The notes beneath the pieces were generated by a model. It was given only the letters and a program-made list of their open reading frames with translations. It did no database searches and was not told the origin of the DNA. A DNA stretch of 54,527 nucleotides, filler included, from Ionaspis alba (Eukaryota), in assembly GCA_964255285.1 (NCBI GenBank). It is 3 parts of 3 records of this genome, joined end to end, with 100 filler letters (N's around TTAATTAATTAA, not from the genome) between each part and the next. Parts side by side here need not be neighbours in the genome. Positions count along the whole stretch, not along the records: positions 36,432 to 54,527 come from CAXUUL010000297.1; 2 more parts are not named here. One strand, 5' to 3'. Made by a program: the position numbers and the translations under genes. The first letter of the stretch is position 1; every line of letters begins with the position of its first letter. Of this stretch, positions 36,849-49,165 are shown in pieces.

Positions 36849-39193
36849 TCACTGGAGAAAGTCATGATCGATATTGATGAATGCCCCGGCGCCGCCTTCT
36901 TCACTGATTTCGCTGACCAGGACTTCGGTCTGTTGGCATAGACGCTCGATTGCGGCGGAGGAGGATTTGCCAAGGGAGACTACACGTATGAGTATTCTTT
37001 CGCCAAGGAGGATGAAGCATGAGTAGTGAGACATACCAAGAATGGCAGAATTGAGTTCCTCCGCCACCGGCACTCGTCCGGTCTGATCCATCAATGGAGC
37101 TGTAGGTGATCTTCTTGGATCTTCGTACGCGAAGAGTGCGAATATTTCCTGGAGAGTGTCTTTGAACTCCTTGTTCGGATTGTCCTTGAACTCGAATTTG
37201 AGTTCTTGGGCATAGCTGAGCGTGTCGTCAAGTTTGTTCTGGTATTTGGTTCCGATGTCTACCTCTTCAGTGTCCATTCGGTCCCAATCATCCCCGTTGC
37301 CCATGGGCTCATCGACCTCCATTGCTTGCTCGAAAACGTCGTCGGTATGGCCATTGACAATCTTCGGCTGCCTGCCCGGGACTGCGTCGAGAATTTCTGT
37401 AGATTGGCGCATCATTTCAACAAATTTCCGGCACTTCAATCTGAAGTTGATGCGAGGGTTGTCTCGGAGTACGTAGGGATAATACGCATTGGTCCGCTTT
37501 AGAGCTTTGTCGATATCTCCTTCAAGTATAGCAGCACGAATCTCTAGAACACGATTAGCGGATATGTCCTCGCACCGTAATCTCGAATCTCTCACGTTGC
37601 CGGTTGACCGCGTCAAGGTCTTCTTGAACCTCAAAGCCATCTATGAACGCGTCGGAGCCACTTTTCAGTGCGTTTGCTTCTGATTTGACCTCCTCGGCGA
37701 ATGCTTTTGCAGTTTCGACGTAGCCATCGCGCTGGAGGAATTGAGCTACGAGTTCTTTGACGAGAGAGTTCTCCGTCAGTGGAGGGAATAGTGTTGAAAC
37801 ATTGACCGAGTTGATTTCATCTCTTATGGATGCTTTCTCACGCTATTCACCGTCGGGATTAGTATATACATAGATAATAAATATGGTTGTTTTGAGATCT
37901 TCTTACCGCCATCATCCCATCGATATCGTACATGAAAGGCATCTGACCAAAATTCGCTCTAAGTACTGCTCCGGCTCGCTTCATACCGACCGAAGGATAG
38001 ATTTCTACATCCTTGAGATCTTTGAAAGCATTTCCTATTGTCTATTAGCGATTTTTCATGACTTTCCGCGTCAAGCAGAGTGTATACCTTGGAAAACGCC
38101 ATTCTTGGTGAAAAAGGCACATCCGGTCATGAAATTGACGCCACAGCCTACGACATCACCAGTCGTGAAGGTCGGACCATAGATTTTGCCAGTGCTCTGG
38201 CCAGAGTATGATTTGCCATCATCGGCGTGATAAGCCCAGGAACATGCCTCCCATCCTGGAAGCTTTGCCAGCGAGACCTTGGAACTAGAAAAACCAACAC
38301 TGACCATGCTGCTCGAGATCAGTAATGCGCTTGTGGGTGTGGAACTGGAAGACTCACGGTTCTTTCCCCTTCGATACGATGGTGACCTCATAGTAATAGA
38401 GACCGCATTGTGGAGGCATAGGATGGTCTGCTCGTACAGCAGCAGCTTCATGATCCGGAGTCTTGGCCATCCCCGTCCATCGAATATCCAGACCATTCCC
38501 TTCTATCTCGAGCCCTCCGTGCCGCTCGACTTCTCCCCACTTTGATGGCAGTGGTGTCAGTCCATCCTCTTCCACTAGAGGTTGATGCTCCACAATCTCA
38601 TAGGTCATCCCTCGGTGCGAAGGAGCCATCCTATGCAGGCTGACGCTACTCGAACTGGTGGACAGAGATCCAGGATTGGAGGTGTTGTGATTCGTAGTCG
38701 CTTCCTTTTGAGCTGCGAGCTTTGCTAGGTGAGCAGCTTCGAGCTTCTCAAGGTATTTCGAGTTTCGAAGGTGGGAGGGTTTGAAGAAGCCACTCGTGCT
38801 CGAAGTCGTGCCGTTCGCCATGTTGTAACCACCACCACCGAGTGAATACTGATGCAGATAGTTTGGTATTGTGTCACCTTTCCCCCACAAACTTGGAACA
38901 TTCGTTGCACCGTTCTCGTTAAAGTTATGAGGGTATTGAGAGTTTCTATGATAGCTCTGTTCGTTGCCTTGTTGCGGAGTTTGTGTCGATGAGTGTGGAT
39001 TGGGATTCATGAGGTGAGAGAATGCTCCGGAACGTGCAGGGGCGTTTTGGGCTTGAGGGGAAGCACCGGCGCCAGCAGTACCTGCTGCTACGGAAGCATA
39101 GGATGACCGCCGCGGAGGCATGTTTGCGGTGGGCCCCGGGTGATAGGTGATTGATGCTGCTCCAGGGGAGCCTTGGGGAACGGCGTTGGTCAT
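36849..39193 (-). CDS. Ran-binding protein M-like (SPRY, LisH, CTLH, CRA); GID/CTLH E3 ligase scaffold
   Basis: Exons 39193-38358, 38308-38088, 38034-37907, 37842-37596, 37543-37037 and 36979-36849. SPRY: AVRADHPMPPQCGLYYYEV, LPGWEACSWAYHADDG. LisH: LVAQFLQRDGYVETAKAF. CTLH: IRAAILEGDIDKAL. CRA: VAEELNSAIL. Confidence 0.92.
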
Positions 39194-40192
39194 GACAATT
39201 TGGAGGTGAGCAAGGCCGCAGTCTGCATGCAAGAGGTCTCTATTGACTTTCTCTCTGGGCAATACTAATCGGCTTCTTGCTTGGGCACTGCGGAGGTTTC
39301 TGAGGTGTTCCACGATAAGCTCTCATACACCTTCGACGAGGAGGTTCAGGCAGGATAGACTCGAACGCAGGCTGCCGAATATAGAGACAGGTACGGTCAA
39401 TGCCAGTTGAAAATCAGAAAGACGTATGACCAAAGACTCCAGTGCAAAAGCCCAGTAGGACAAGATTCACAGGAAGGTCGAGCTCGAAATGCATGATTGC
39501 CGTCACCATTATTCGTTGAGGGTGTATTATTGAAATGGGTCAAGAGTTGCGTGAGACTGGGCGGTCTCGCTTCTCCCCCGCTCTGGCCATTCGCACCATT
39601 TCCTTGGAGCTTGACTTCACCAATTCTCAAGATCAGGCGGAGATCGTTTAAAGGCATTCTCGCATTCTTTCGAGACTTACGAGTGCAGCAATTATTCAGA
39701 TTCTACCATAAGATTGGCTGTTTGAATATGATGCTTTGCTGTTCCTTATCTATACTTCCGATTTGAGACGAATGTTAATCAAGATCACATATTCTGTAAC
39801 ATGAAAAGTTTTTAGCATTAGAAGAATGCTTCTATAGAAGATCTGAATATAATACGCATTCAAGATCTATCATAGTCATACAGTGGCCAATGATGACCTA
39901 CATGACCAAGGTAAATTGACAGGCCATCATTGGTATAATCCTGAATCCGAACTCAGGGTACGTGATGATCCAGTAGACACCATACGCGCCGAAATATGCG
40001 TACATGAGCCACAAAGGTTTTCCCACCGCTCTTGTTATGCATGCAACGCCTTCTGAAGATTCGCTCGAGTCAAATAAAGTTGAGGAGAGCTCCTGAGAGA
40101 AGAAGCCAGCCATCAGCCAAGGGTGGTGTGCTCTGGAAATTTAGCAGATTCCGCATGAGAAGTCTAAGAGTGGACAGAAGACAGCGAGAGCA

Positions 40193-41102
40193 CTATGCAG
40201 GAGTGGCAATACCAGGTGCAGGAGAGCTGACAGCGAGACTGATATCGGCTACACCGTTTCGGCTGTTGTCGCTACCGACATTGCTGCTGCTCTGGTTCGC
40301 AATGTTCTCGCTGTTCGACGTCGGTGTGGTACTCTGGCCGTTCACGCCGTTTGCGTCAAGTGTCTCCTTCTTTGGTGCCCTCCAAGAAGGTATCTGCCAT
40401 ACAATGCCGGTGAAGCTCTTGACAGCGAAACCTTGCTTGGCCCACTTCCGACACGGCTTGCCAGTCCGATCAAGAGCCCGAAGTCCTGCATTGATGGCTC
40501 CTTGATTTGCTTTGGGTCCGAGCTTGTGGCCCGCGAGAGGGGCAGGTGTGGTCCAGGGCCGATTGGCTTCGTCTGTGCATAGTACGCCATCCCTGTGTCG
40601 GCTCAAGTTAGCATGATCTCGAATTAGGGGTAAGGTCGTGTACGGAGAAAACAGTTATTGAGGGCGATTAGGTAGCTTGTGGTGGCTCGACTTACAGTTT
40701 CCGCTTCTTAGGACCTGGCTTCGCACGTGGCTTTGGTTGGCCATCCGATATAGCCGCGAGAGATCTCTTTGTTCCGGCCTTCAGAGTATTGCCACCTCTC
40801 TTCTTGCCAACTTCAGGACCAGCCTGAGGAGAGTCCGAGGATGCGTCAGGAGGCGAAATCTTCGGCTCGGCCTTAATATCTGGGGATGGTGGAGCCTCTT
40901 TCGGGGCTGTGGGCGGGGTCGACGACGAGGAAGACGAGGAAGTTTTGGTTACGGAGGGTTTGCGAGCCGGCTTGTCGTGAGGAAATCGTACAAGGAAAGA
41001 TGGCTGAAGTTTGAGTATGATCGACTTGGAGAGTTTGGCTTTTGCTCCTCGCGTCGACATCGTTGCGGCTGGTGTCTTGGATGATGAGGTTGCTGAGGAC
41101 AT
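40193..41102 (-). CDS. IES4: INO80 complex subunit Ies4-like (DUF1711)
   Basis: Exons 41102-40696 and 40592-40193. Has SIILKL, KPGPKKRKL and HKLGPKANQGAINAGLRALDRTGKPCRKWAKQGFAVKSFTGIVWQIPSWRAP. Confidence 0.88.
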
Positions 41103-41875
41103 CGTGCTGGTGATGGAGTGGTAATTGTAGTAGTTGTCGTTGTTGACAGTGAATTCCGAGTTTTTCGAGATTGCGACCGTTAAAGTCCTACTGATGGAAG
41201 GCGAGGTTGGCTATGGTGGGTGGCTGACAGCGATGTCGTGTCGTGGCAGCAGTGATGTTATCGATCCATTCGAGCGATGATGATGGTTTCGTTGTTGGTT
41301 GATGAGAAGGGAATTGGGGAAGAAAGGATGAAGGGAGGGAGCTGAAGTGTTGGCGTGACAGAGGCCAGGCGGGTGAGGCGAGGTGGTAGTTGAGCCCATT
41401 GTTCTTTTTTGGTGAGGGCCGAGCTTGATTATTGGCAATAGAACTGAGTCGCGCGAGTTAATCCATGCGTGCTTCAGTACAGATGCCGCAAAGAAGTCAG
41501 CCGGATTTCTTATTGGCTCGCTAGCTTGTCCAATCAATATGGGCTGAAGCTTATTTGTGACCTAGCGCCATCTACCTCGCGAGATCGTTCATGGAGCACC
41601 AACTTCACCGTATGAGGAGAAGGGAAGGTCTCGTATGAATCTTCCAACTTATGTGGCTATGCCAGTCTAGGTACAGTTCTACAAGAAATCTCGTAATGCT
41701 GCTCTCATCCCTTCGTTTGCCAAGAATGTGGGCGGCTTCCATTCCACATACCGTAGCTATCAATATGCATTTTTACTCAACTATCTCCTTGCTTGTTTCT
41801 GCTATTCGTGGCTGGGAGACGCTCTTGTATACATTGTCCTCAATTCCCTTCTCTATCCGTCCAGTATACCCAAAG

Positions 41876-43853
41876 ATGTTACTCCCCCTCAAGTGGTTAC
41901 TGTCTGCATTCTTTATTATTCAGAGTCTTCCACTTTGCCGTGCTCGTGATCCGCGAATTCATAGAGATATCCTACGTCCTCATAAATATTCCCATCCAGA
42001 TCCTTTGATACAGGCTCCTGAGCGTCATGCTATCCACCCTAGGACACCAGATGCTCAGAAAATTAAAACTGAAGTTTCCAACCTTTCTCGGACAATGAGG
42101 AGCTGGGTGGGTTCATCGAAAGCTGGCATTTCCCTGTCTTCCATCAAGGAATTGCAGACCGAGGTTCATAACCATGAGGCTGTTCTGCGGTCATTGCTTG
42201 ATTCGCCCAACGGCAGTCCTAACTTGTCAGGTAATTCACTTTCGCAGCTTGTATTCGACTATCAGATTTTCAGCGACTGGCTCGACCAGTTTCTCACTTA
42301 TCCTGATGCACTCAGCTCCCCAGGTGCTGTGCAAACCCTGGTAGATGAGGTTGCCGCGTACCAAGGATGGCTGAACGACTTCATTGAAGCTGTGATGTTC
42401 AGTAGTATTGCCGCCACATCCAGCGATGCTCCCACCCCGGAAACGACCACCAACGACGATAGTATTCCAACAACGTCCACTGACACTTCCATAACTACTG
42501 ATGCTCCTCTGCCCGAGACCACCACGAGCAATGACAGTTTTCCAACCGCGTCCACTGACGTTTCTATGTCTTCTGACGCTCCTATGTCTGAGACCATCAC
42601 CAGCGATGATGGTGGCCCAACCTCTTCAGTGGACTCCAGCTTTTCCTCGGATTCAAGCTCATTCACAGATTTCAGTTCCGTCCCAGGATCAAGCTCTTCG
42701 TCGGAGACGGCTTCCTCAACAGAGTCTGCTCCAGAACCTACCGAGACAGGCTTTCCTAGACAAACTTCGTTCAACCCAGCCGCCTCTGACAACATAGCAG
42801 TCTACTTCGGCCAGACCGACAGAACAGCCGAAATTCCACTCAGCGAGCTCTGCGCTGATAAAAGCATCGACATCGTCATCCTCTCCTTCCTCACTCAATT
42901 CTTCGGTGCAGGCGGCCATCCTACCGTCAATTTCGGCGGTAGCGGTGCAGGGGTCTCCACCCCGCAAATGAAGGCAGCTGGCGCTACTGGTCTCGCGGAA
43001 TACAAAGAGCTTAAGAACAATATCTCCGAGTGCCAAGCCCGAGGCAAGGTCGTCCTCCTGAGTCTAGGCGGCTCGATGGGCAACACTATCTTCGGCACTG
43101 ATGACGCCACGGCCGATAGGGCCGGCATTGCATTCGCAGACACTTTGTGGAAGCTCTTCGGTCCTCCCACCTCCGAGGCACAGGGCATGCGCCCCTTCCA
43201 GGAGGTCGTACTCGATGGGTTTGATATTGGTAAGTTGTATCGTAGCCGAGGCCTCTTCATAGCTGATCGGTATTGCAGACAATGAGACCAACCTCCCCAA
43301 AGGCTATACAGCCTTCACGAATCGCCTTCGCACCCTTACAGCCTCCGACTCCTCGAAGCCGTACTACCTCTCCGCTTCACCTCAGTGTCCCTTCCCGGAC
43401 GCTTCCATCCCGATTTCAACACTCCGGCAGCTCGATTTCGTCTGGGTCCAGTTCTACAACAACCCGCAATGCAATCTTGGCACCGCAGGCTTCCTCCAAA
43501 GTCTTCAGAATTGGAGCGAACAGCTCGCAGCCAGTCCCAGCGTCGCGGCAGGGAAAGGACGAATGTCGACAAAGGCAAACAAGGGGACTGTTCGTGGTCG
43601 ACAGGTGCAGGGCCGTGGACCGAAGATTTTTGTGGGTGCTTTCGGCTGGCAGCCTAGTGATGGAGAGACGGGCTTTTTGGAGGCGAGGAGGGTACCAGCT
43701 ATGGTGACGGAAGTAGCGAGTCTTGGATTGTCGAACCTTGGGGGCTGGGCTCTTTGGGATGGAAGTGAGGCAGTGGCGAATGGTGAGTACCAGAGGATTG
43801 TCAAGCAGGCCTTGAAGGATCGAGTTGGCGGGAGAAAGGGTAAGTTAGAATGA
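41876..43853 (+). CDS. Secreted class III (group B) GH18 chitinase with N-terminal extension
   Basis: Signal-peptide-like start MLLPLKWLLSAFFIIQSLPLCRA, then an S/T-rich linker. GH18 domain has NIAVYFGQ, CQARGKVVLLSLGG, intact DGFDIDNE across intron 43230-43278, YLSASPQC and WVQFYNNPQC. Confidence 0.9.
42419..42643 (+). repeat. Three 75-bp (25-aa) S/T-rich coding tandem repeats
   Basis: SSDAPTPETTTNDDSIPTTSTDTSI / TTDAPLPETTTSNDSFPTASTDVSM / SSDAPMSETITSDDGGPTSSVDSSF starting at 42419, 42494 and 42569. Confidence 0.85.
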
Positions 43854-44118
43854 GGGAAAAGGTTGAAGTAAGATGTCAAAGGAGTTCTGGTTTCGGCGCT
43901 TGTGGTGTTTGAACTCTATGGGTAGTTGCCTTTGGTGCTTCATTTAGGAAGTTCGAATATCAGTACGTCTCTTCCGCATTGATGAATTCAGTAATCTATG
44001 TTGTGTCGGTCGATCAGGAGCCTTTCAACTTTGATTGACTACTTCTCTCTAGAGATGCGGCTTTATCCTCGGCGTTCCCATCGACCATCATGATCCATCG
44101 GAGTCGTAGATTTCAAAG

Positions 44119-46333
44119 CTATTGAACCGATCGCACTTTCTTCCCTGCCTGCTTCTCATCTGGAAAGGTGAAGTCGACCTCCACTCCGCTTGCTCTGGCA
44201 AAATCTACAGCATCGATTCCAACCCGCTCGCAGTGCCGCAAGTTGACCTTCTTTAGTTTTTCACCTGGCTTGAGGACCAATGCTTTGACACCCACACCTG
44301 TGATTCGAGTATAGCTGGCATTCAGAAACTGTAAACGAGGGCAATTCCTGGCTATATGCTCGAAGAGGCCATCCCCGAAATCATTCCGACTCACGCTGAG
44401 CTCCTTCAAGCTTGTTGAAAACTGACTATCCATGACATCTTCAAGGTTCAGATCATGACGCTGCCCGTAGCCTTCGGAGCTTAGATCGAGGACTTCGATA
44501 CGGCCTTTGCTAGGTTCCAGAAGCTTCCGAAGGTATGCCGTGCCGATGTTGGAGGCTGGAAGTACCAGAGAGGTCAATTCTTTGAGGTCCGCATTGCAAA
44601 GGTTATCGCTGGATTCACCGAAATCGTTGCACAGTTGCAAAGAGCGCCCTAAGTCGAGATGCCGTACGGTACTTGGTACTTTGGGAAAGTGGTAACGCAT
44701 AGTCTGGTGCAAGGAGAGCTTCTGTAGGTGAAGTAGGCTGGAAAAGTCAAAATGTCCATTTATTAACGAATCAAGGACCAACCAATGATCGAGACTCAAT
44801 TGCTCAAGATGTTGGCATTTGTGAAACAGAGTATCCTGAAATGTTAGTGAGCTTTGGAATATACGTACTTGAGGGAGAGACTAGACCTACCAGGTTCAGA
44901 CCTGTCGTCGTCACCCCTATGTGTTCAGCTTGGTTGAGCTTCAGGATGCGTAGTCTCGACAATTCCCCTGACCAGGTAGGCGGGAGGACCCCTCTTTCAC
45001 CACTCCCATATATATTGTGGAGCTCAAGATGTTCCAAAGAGGAAAATCCAGCGAGTAGGTCGTCAACGGTATCGAGACGTATACCCGAGGCTAGTGACAC
45101 AATAAATGTCTTCACATTTGTGGTCATGGACAGAGCCATTCTGAATGGCTCCGCCCTCAGGCTGTCGTCAGGCCATATACTATGAAGCTTGAGATACTTC
45201 AATCCTTTGCAGCGTGTAACAACATGATTGAGTGCACTCTCCAGGCCGCCCTCGATTCGGAAAAGAGTTGCATGCGTTAGGCGCCTTCCGGATCGTGTGA
45301 CATAAGCCTTTACAGCACTCAAGCGAACGTTCCTATTTGCCCTCGACAGGTCAAGATTTCGCCATAGAGATGGCATTGACTCAATGAGCTGTTTCCATTG
45401 ATTGGAAACACGGAGAAGTTGTCTAGAGGAACATGAGCACAGAACGATCAGGACGTCCGTAGCAGTGTCATACACAAGTGCATTAAAGCTTAAATTGGAC
45501 AAAATAATCTCCACAAGCTCCATAGGCAAGATAAGAAATGGATCAATGAGCTTAGGAGGTGAGTATTTCTTGGACAGCTTGTCGTACATGCCTCGAAGTA
45601 GCTGAGACTAACTTTCAGTATCGGTAACTGACAATTCAACAGAAGTGGTAGAGCTGACCTTAACATCTTCGTTCTCGGAGGATACGTTCTTCAACCCATA
45701 AGCATAAATACCCAGAGCCACATCATCTTTGCCCATAAGCTGCAGAACTTGTCCGGTTCGTAGATAACCCTGTGAAGGTTCGTGTATCAGCCTTCGTCCT
45801 ATGACCGAACATCGACAAAACAGAGAATCAATCCCTGGTAGAGAAGAGAGTCCGCCGAGTCTCCTAATTCCATCCGCTGCTTTAGAGCCGTGCTATTCTT
45901 CCTCTTCCTTCGCAGCTATCTTGTATAGTTCGTAGCTATATTGATCGTACGTCTTCCAAACCCTTCAGCCGCCATTCCAGAAGATCCCTCGCCTGCTCCC
46001 ACATATACAACTCTTATCTTGCCCTTCCAGTCGAGCGACGCCCACTTACCGTAACAACTTCCTTCCTCTCCGCAATCATCCTCCGGCCATCCCTCAAAGC
46101 GCCCTTCAAATCCCCCGTCTTGACCAAGCACGCCGCACGATTATCCAACAAGCTCAATGAAGGCTCCGACGTCAACACTACAGCCTAGTAGAGTGCTCCA
46201 TTAGCTCCAAGCATTGATGGCCCATATGAGGAAGAATGCGCACAGTATTGAAGCTCTCAAGGGCAGCAGCGTATTTCTTTTGTCGGTAGGGGTCTTGACC
46301 ACGCTTTTGGGCTGCCGAAAGGGTAGGCGGCAT
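44119..46333 (-). CDS. TPR / F-box / LRR protein, Pof3/Dia2-like SCF substrate receptor
   Basis: Exons 46333-46244, 46184-46050, 45769-45659, 45601-45474, 45422-44891 and 44835-44119. TPR: YRQKKYAAALESFN, LLDNRAAC, GYLRTGQVL. F-box: DPFLILPMELVEIIL...LLRVSNQWK. LRRs end in ITGVGVKALV...DAVDFARASGVEV. Confidence 0.88.
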
Positions 46334-46449
46334 GTTGAGGGCTAGATCTAGAGTGATCTCGATCGAAGAGGCAAGGGAATCGCAGATGTGTGTGGTTTAT
46401 GTTAGAATATGATTGGATGAAGCCAGCATACGGTATGCTTCTGAGCAAG

Positions 46450-46472
46450 ACGCGAGGCGCGTTGATTCGCGT
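46450..46472. promoter_or_regulatory. Cluster of CGCG (MCB/SCB-like) cell-cycle elements
   Basis: acgcgaggcgcgttgattcgcgt holds three CGCG cores about 120 bp upstream of the Pof3/Dia2-like ATG. Confidence 0.45.
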
Positions 46473-46663
46473 GCCTTAATAGCCTTGGCATTCCTGGGAA
46501 ATAGTTGCCAAAGCATAATTGCCACAATAGTTGCTTCAGGGGCTACCGCCACTGTTTAAGGGAGGCGAAATTAGCGAGCACCGGGGCTATCCGTCTCACC
46601 AACTATTTTGGTTGTTATGTCTCGGCAACGATTTAAGTGCCTCCGCCTACGGAGAACATCCTT

Positions 46664-46763
46664 NNNNNNNNNNNNNNNNNNNNNNNNNNNNNNNNNNNNN
46701 NNNNNNNNNNNNNNNNNNNNNNNNNNNNNNNNNNNNNNNNNNNNNNNNNNNNNNNNNNNNNNN
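46664..46763. other. False assembly gap flanked by an exact 55-bp overlap
   Basis: 46609-46663 is identical to 46764-46818. Confidence 0.93.
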
Positions 46764-47435
46764 TGGTTGTTATGTCTCGGCAACGATTTAAGTGCCTCCG
46801 CCTACGGAGAACATCCTTTCAATTAAAGAATTTCGCACTCACCCATATAAGGATTCAAAGCGATTGCTCCATCTAAGTATCTACATCTCTAAACTACAAA
46901 CCACCTCACGCACCCAAGCATTCACATCCAGCACAACGTCAGCCCAATGCCTCAACAACCAAAGACGTGCAAGCACAACAACAGCAATCGAGAAGTTGAG
47001 AGTGACTGACCATGTATAGCACTTACAAGTCAGCAGCAAAGCGAGCACGGTTCGAACAATAAGCTGCTATCAACCAATCAAATTACCACCAGACATCTTC
47101 TGTCCTGCTCGAAGGGAGAAGAAGTGTTGCAAGCTAGGACTAGGTGCCCAGCCCCATCAGCGACAACTATGCATCAGTTTTCCCAAGTCCCACTCACTTC
47201 AATAGCAATGCCTATGATCTATGCCAGTAACAATCTCGGTTCCTCCTCCGGGTCATGGAAATGTAACGAATGCTGTGCATTATCAATTGGTGGTATGAAG
47301 TCCGGGTAGTGCGAGTTGTTGGATAGCGACTTAGCTTGGCGTGTGACTCCCCATTGACAAAATATGGTTTTTCGGATCTCGACAGATTTGTCCAGTTAAA
47401 AATCCTCCCATGAGCAGTTTCAGTTTCGACCTACT

Positions 47436-49165
47436 TTACTCGGCCATCGTATCTCCATCCTCTTTAACAACGCCCGTCACTGCAGCAGCAGTAGTCGCAT
47501 CACCCAACACGGTCTCGCCCTTCCTATCGGGAACGAATGCGTACCTAGGCAATTTGGCGAGCTTCTCCTCGGGGCTAGTCTCATTATCCGAGTACATCAT
47601 CCTAGTACCCTTCTCCTTGTCTTTCTTCGCTTTTTTCTCTGTGGAAGCTTCTTCGGTCTTAACCTGAACCTCAGTACTAGTCGTGGCTTTGTCTGCATCA
47701 GCTGCAGCGTTGGCAACGAGGTCGTTGACAGATTCCATAATACTGGACGACTTAGCTTGAACTTCGGCGCTCTGATTCGTAGATGCAGCTGTTGTATTGC
47801 TAGATTGAGCTGCCTGTCCCTGTTGAGGCGGTGTGCCATTGCGGGATTTGTCAAAGCCAGATCCTTGATTCTGCTGAGCGTTATGAGAGTTCTGGTGAGC
47901 AGCAGCGGCAGGATTGGGAGGACCGGGAATCTGGCCTTGATGCATTTGCTGCATTTGAAAAGCATTGACTGGCGGTGCTCCAAAGGACGGTCTCTGAGGT
48001 AAGCCTGGTGCAACTGGCAGACTCCCTGACCGAGGAGGAAGCCCTCCACTTTGGGGAGGTGTGAGCGTGCGAGGTGGCTGGAATTGACTGGGTTGATGAA
48101 ATGGTACTGGCGGTGAGCCTGCGCCAAAAGCGCGAGGAGGGCCACCTTGGAATTGGGGTTGAGGGGGTCCATTCTGATATTGTGGTTGAGGAGGCCCCCC
48201 TTGAAAAGGACCTTGATTGTTCTGAAATGCTGGTTGTGGTGGACCATTCTGGAATTGAGGTGGACCAAAATTCGGGTTGCCGGGCTGTTGAAACTGCTGC
48301 GGAGGCGAAAAGGCATGAGGCCCTGGAAACGGCTGAGTGGCGGGAGCGCCAAAGCCAGGAGATTGTTGTGGAAAAGATTGAGGAGGCTGCTGGAAGGGCA
48401 TACCTTGCTGACCGTATGATTGTGGATATGATGCATATGTAGAGCCATTAGATGGTCCACCGTATGGCATCTGTTGTTGCGGAAACCCTGGAGAACCAGC
48501 CTTTGAAAAAGGTATTAGCTACGAACGCATTGAAGTGGAGTGAGAATCCTTACAAAACCGGGTTGACCATAGCCAGGACTCTGGTTGCCCATTAAACCGT
48601 CAATTGGTGTAGCATCGCCACTACTAATGCCCGCAGCCTGTTCGGCCATCTTCTTCGCTTTGTGTTCTGCGAGTCGCTTCTTCAAATCTGATGGTGCTTC
48701 GAACTTCGGCTTCTTCACAGGCCCACCAGCGGCTCCACCTGGACTAGGATTTCCCGTCGCAGCTCTTCGATCCGCCTCCGCCTGCGCGAACTGACTCAAA
48801 ACGCGTTGATTGTGACTGGTGACCACGTCTTCCGGAATCCCCTCCATACCAAAGATTTCCACATCCAGGTTCGATCGATTTGGCAAGGCATTTTCGATTG
48901 TGGTGAGTGTCTCCTTGTGGACCTGAGTCATATGTACTGAGAGACCTATTCGCAAACAATCAGCACACAGCCTGACAATTTGTCGTTACAGCAACTGACC
49001 GCCAGCTGTATTGAGTCTGCGCCCGCATCTTTCGCACTTGAAGTGCTTAGCTTTTTGGTGGTTGATCAGGATCTTCAAGTCATCAAAGTCCCGCTCACAG
49101 TAGTAACACCATGGCCGCGATAGTATTTCCTCCACGTCGGGATGCCCTCTCTTCTTCTTCCCCAT
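47436..49165 (-). CDS. C2H2 zinc-finger protein, ZNF207/BuGZ-like
   Basis: Exons 49165-49000, 48945-48554 and 48500-47436. Has MGKKKR...[50 protein letters not shown]...EIFGMEGIP, a P/Q-rich middle and a C-terminal [12 protein letters not shown]. Confidence 0.92.

Noticed and set aside
41651..41875. Upstream in-frame ATG extending the chitinase by 75 aa
   Set aside because: The ATG at 41876 directly precedes a convincing signal peptide and has better context; the extension looks like UTR.
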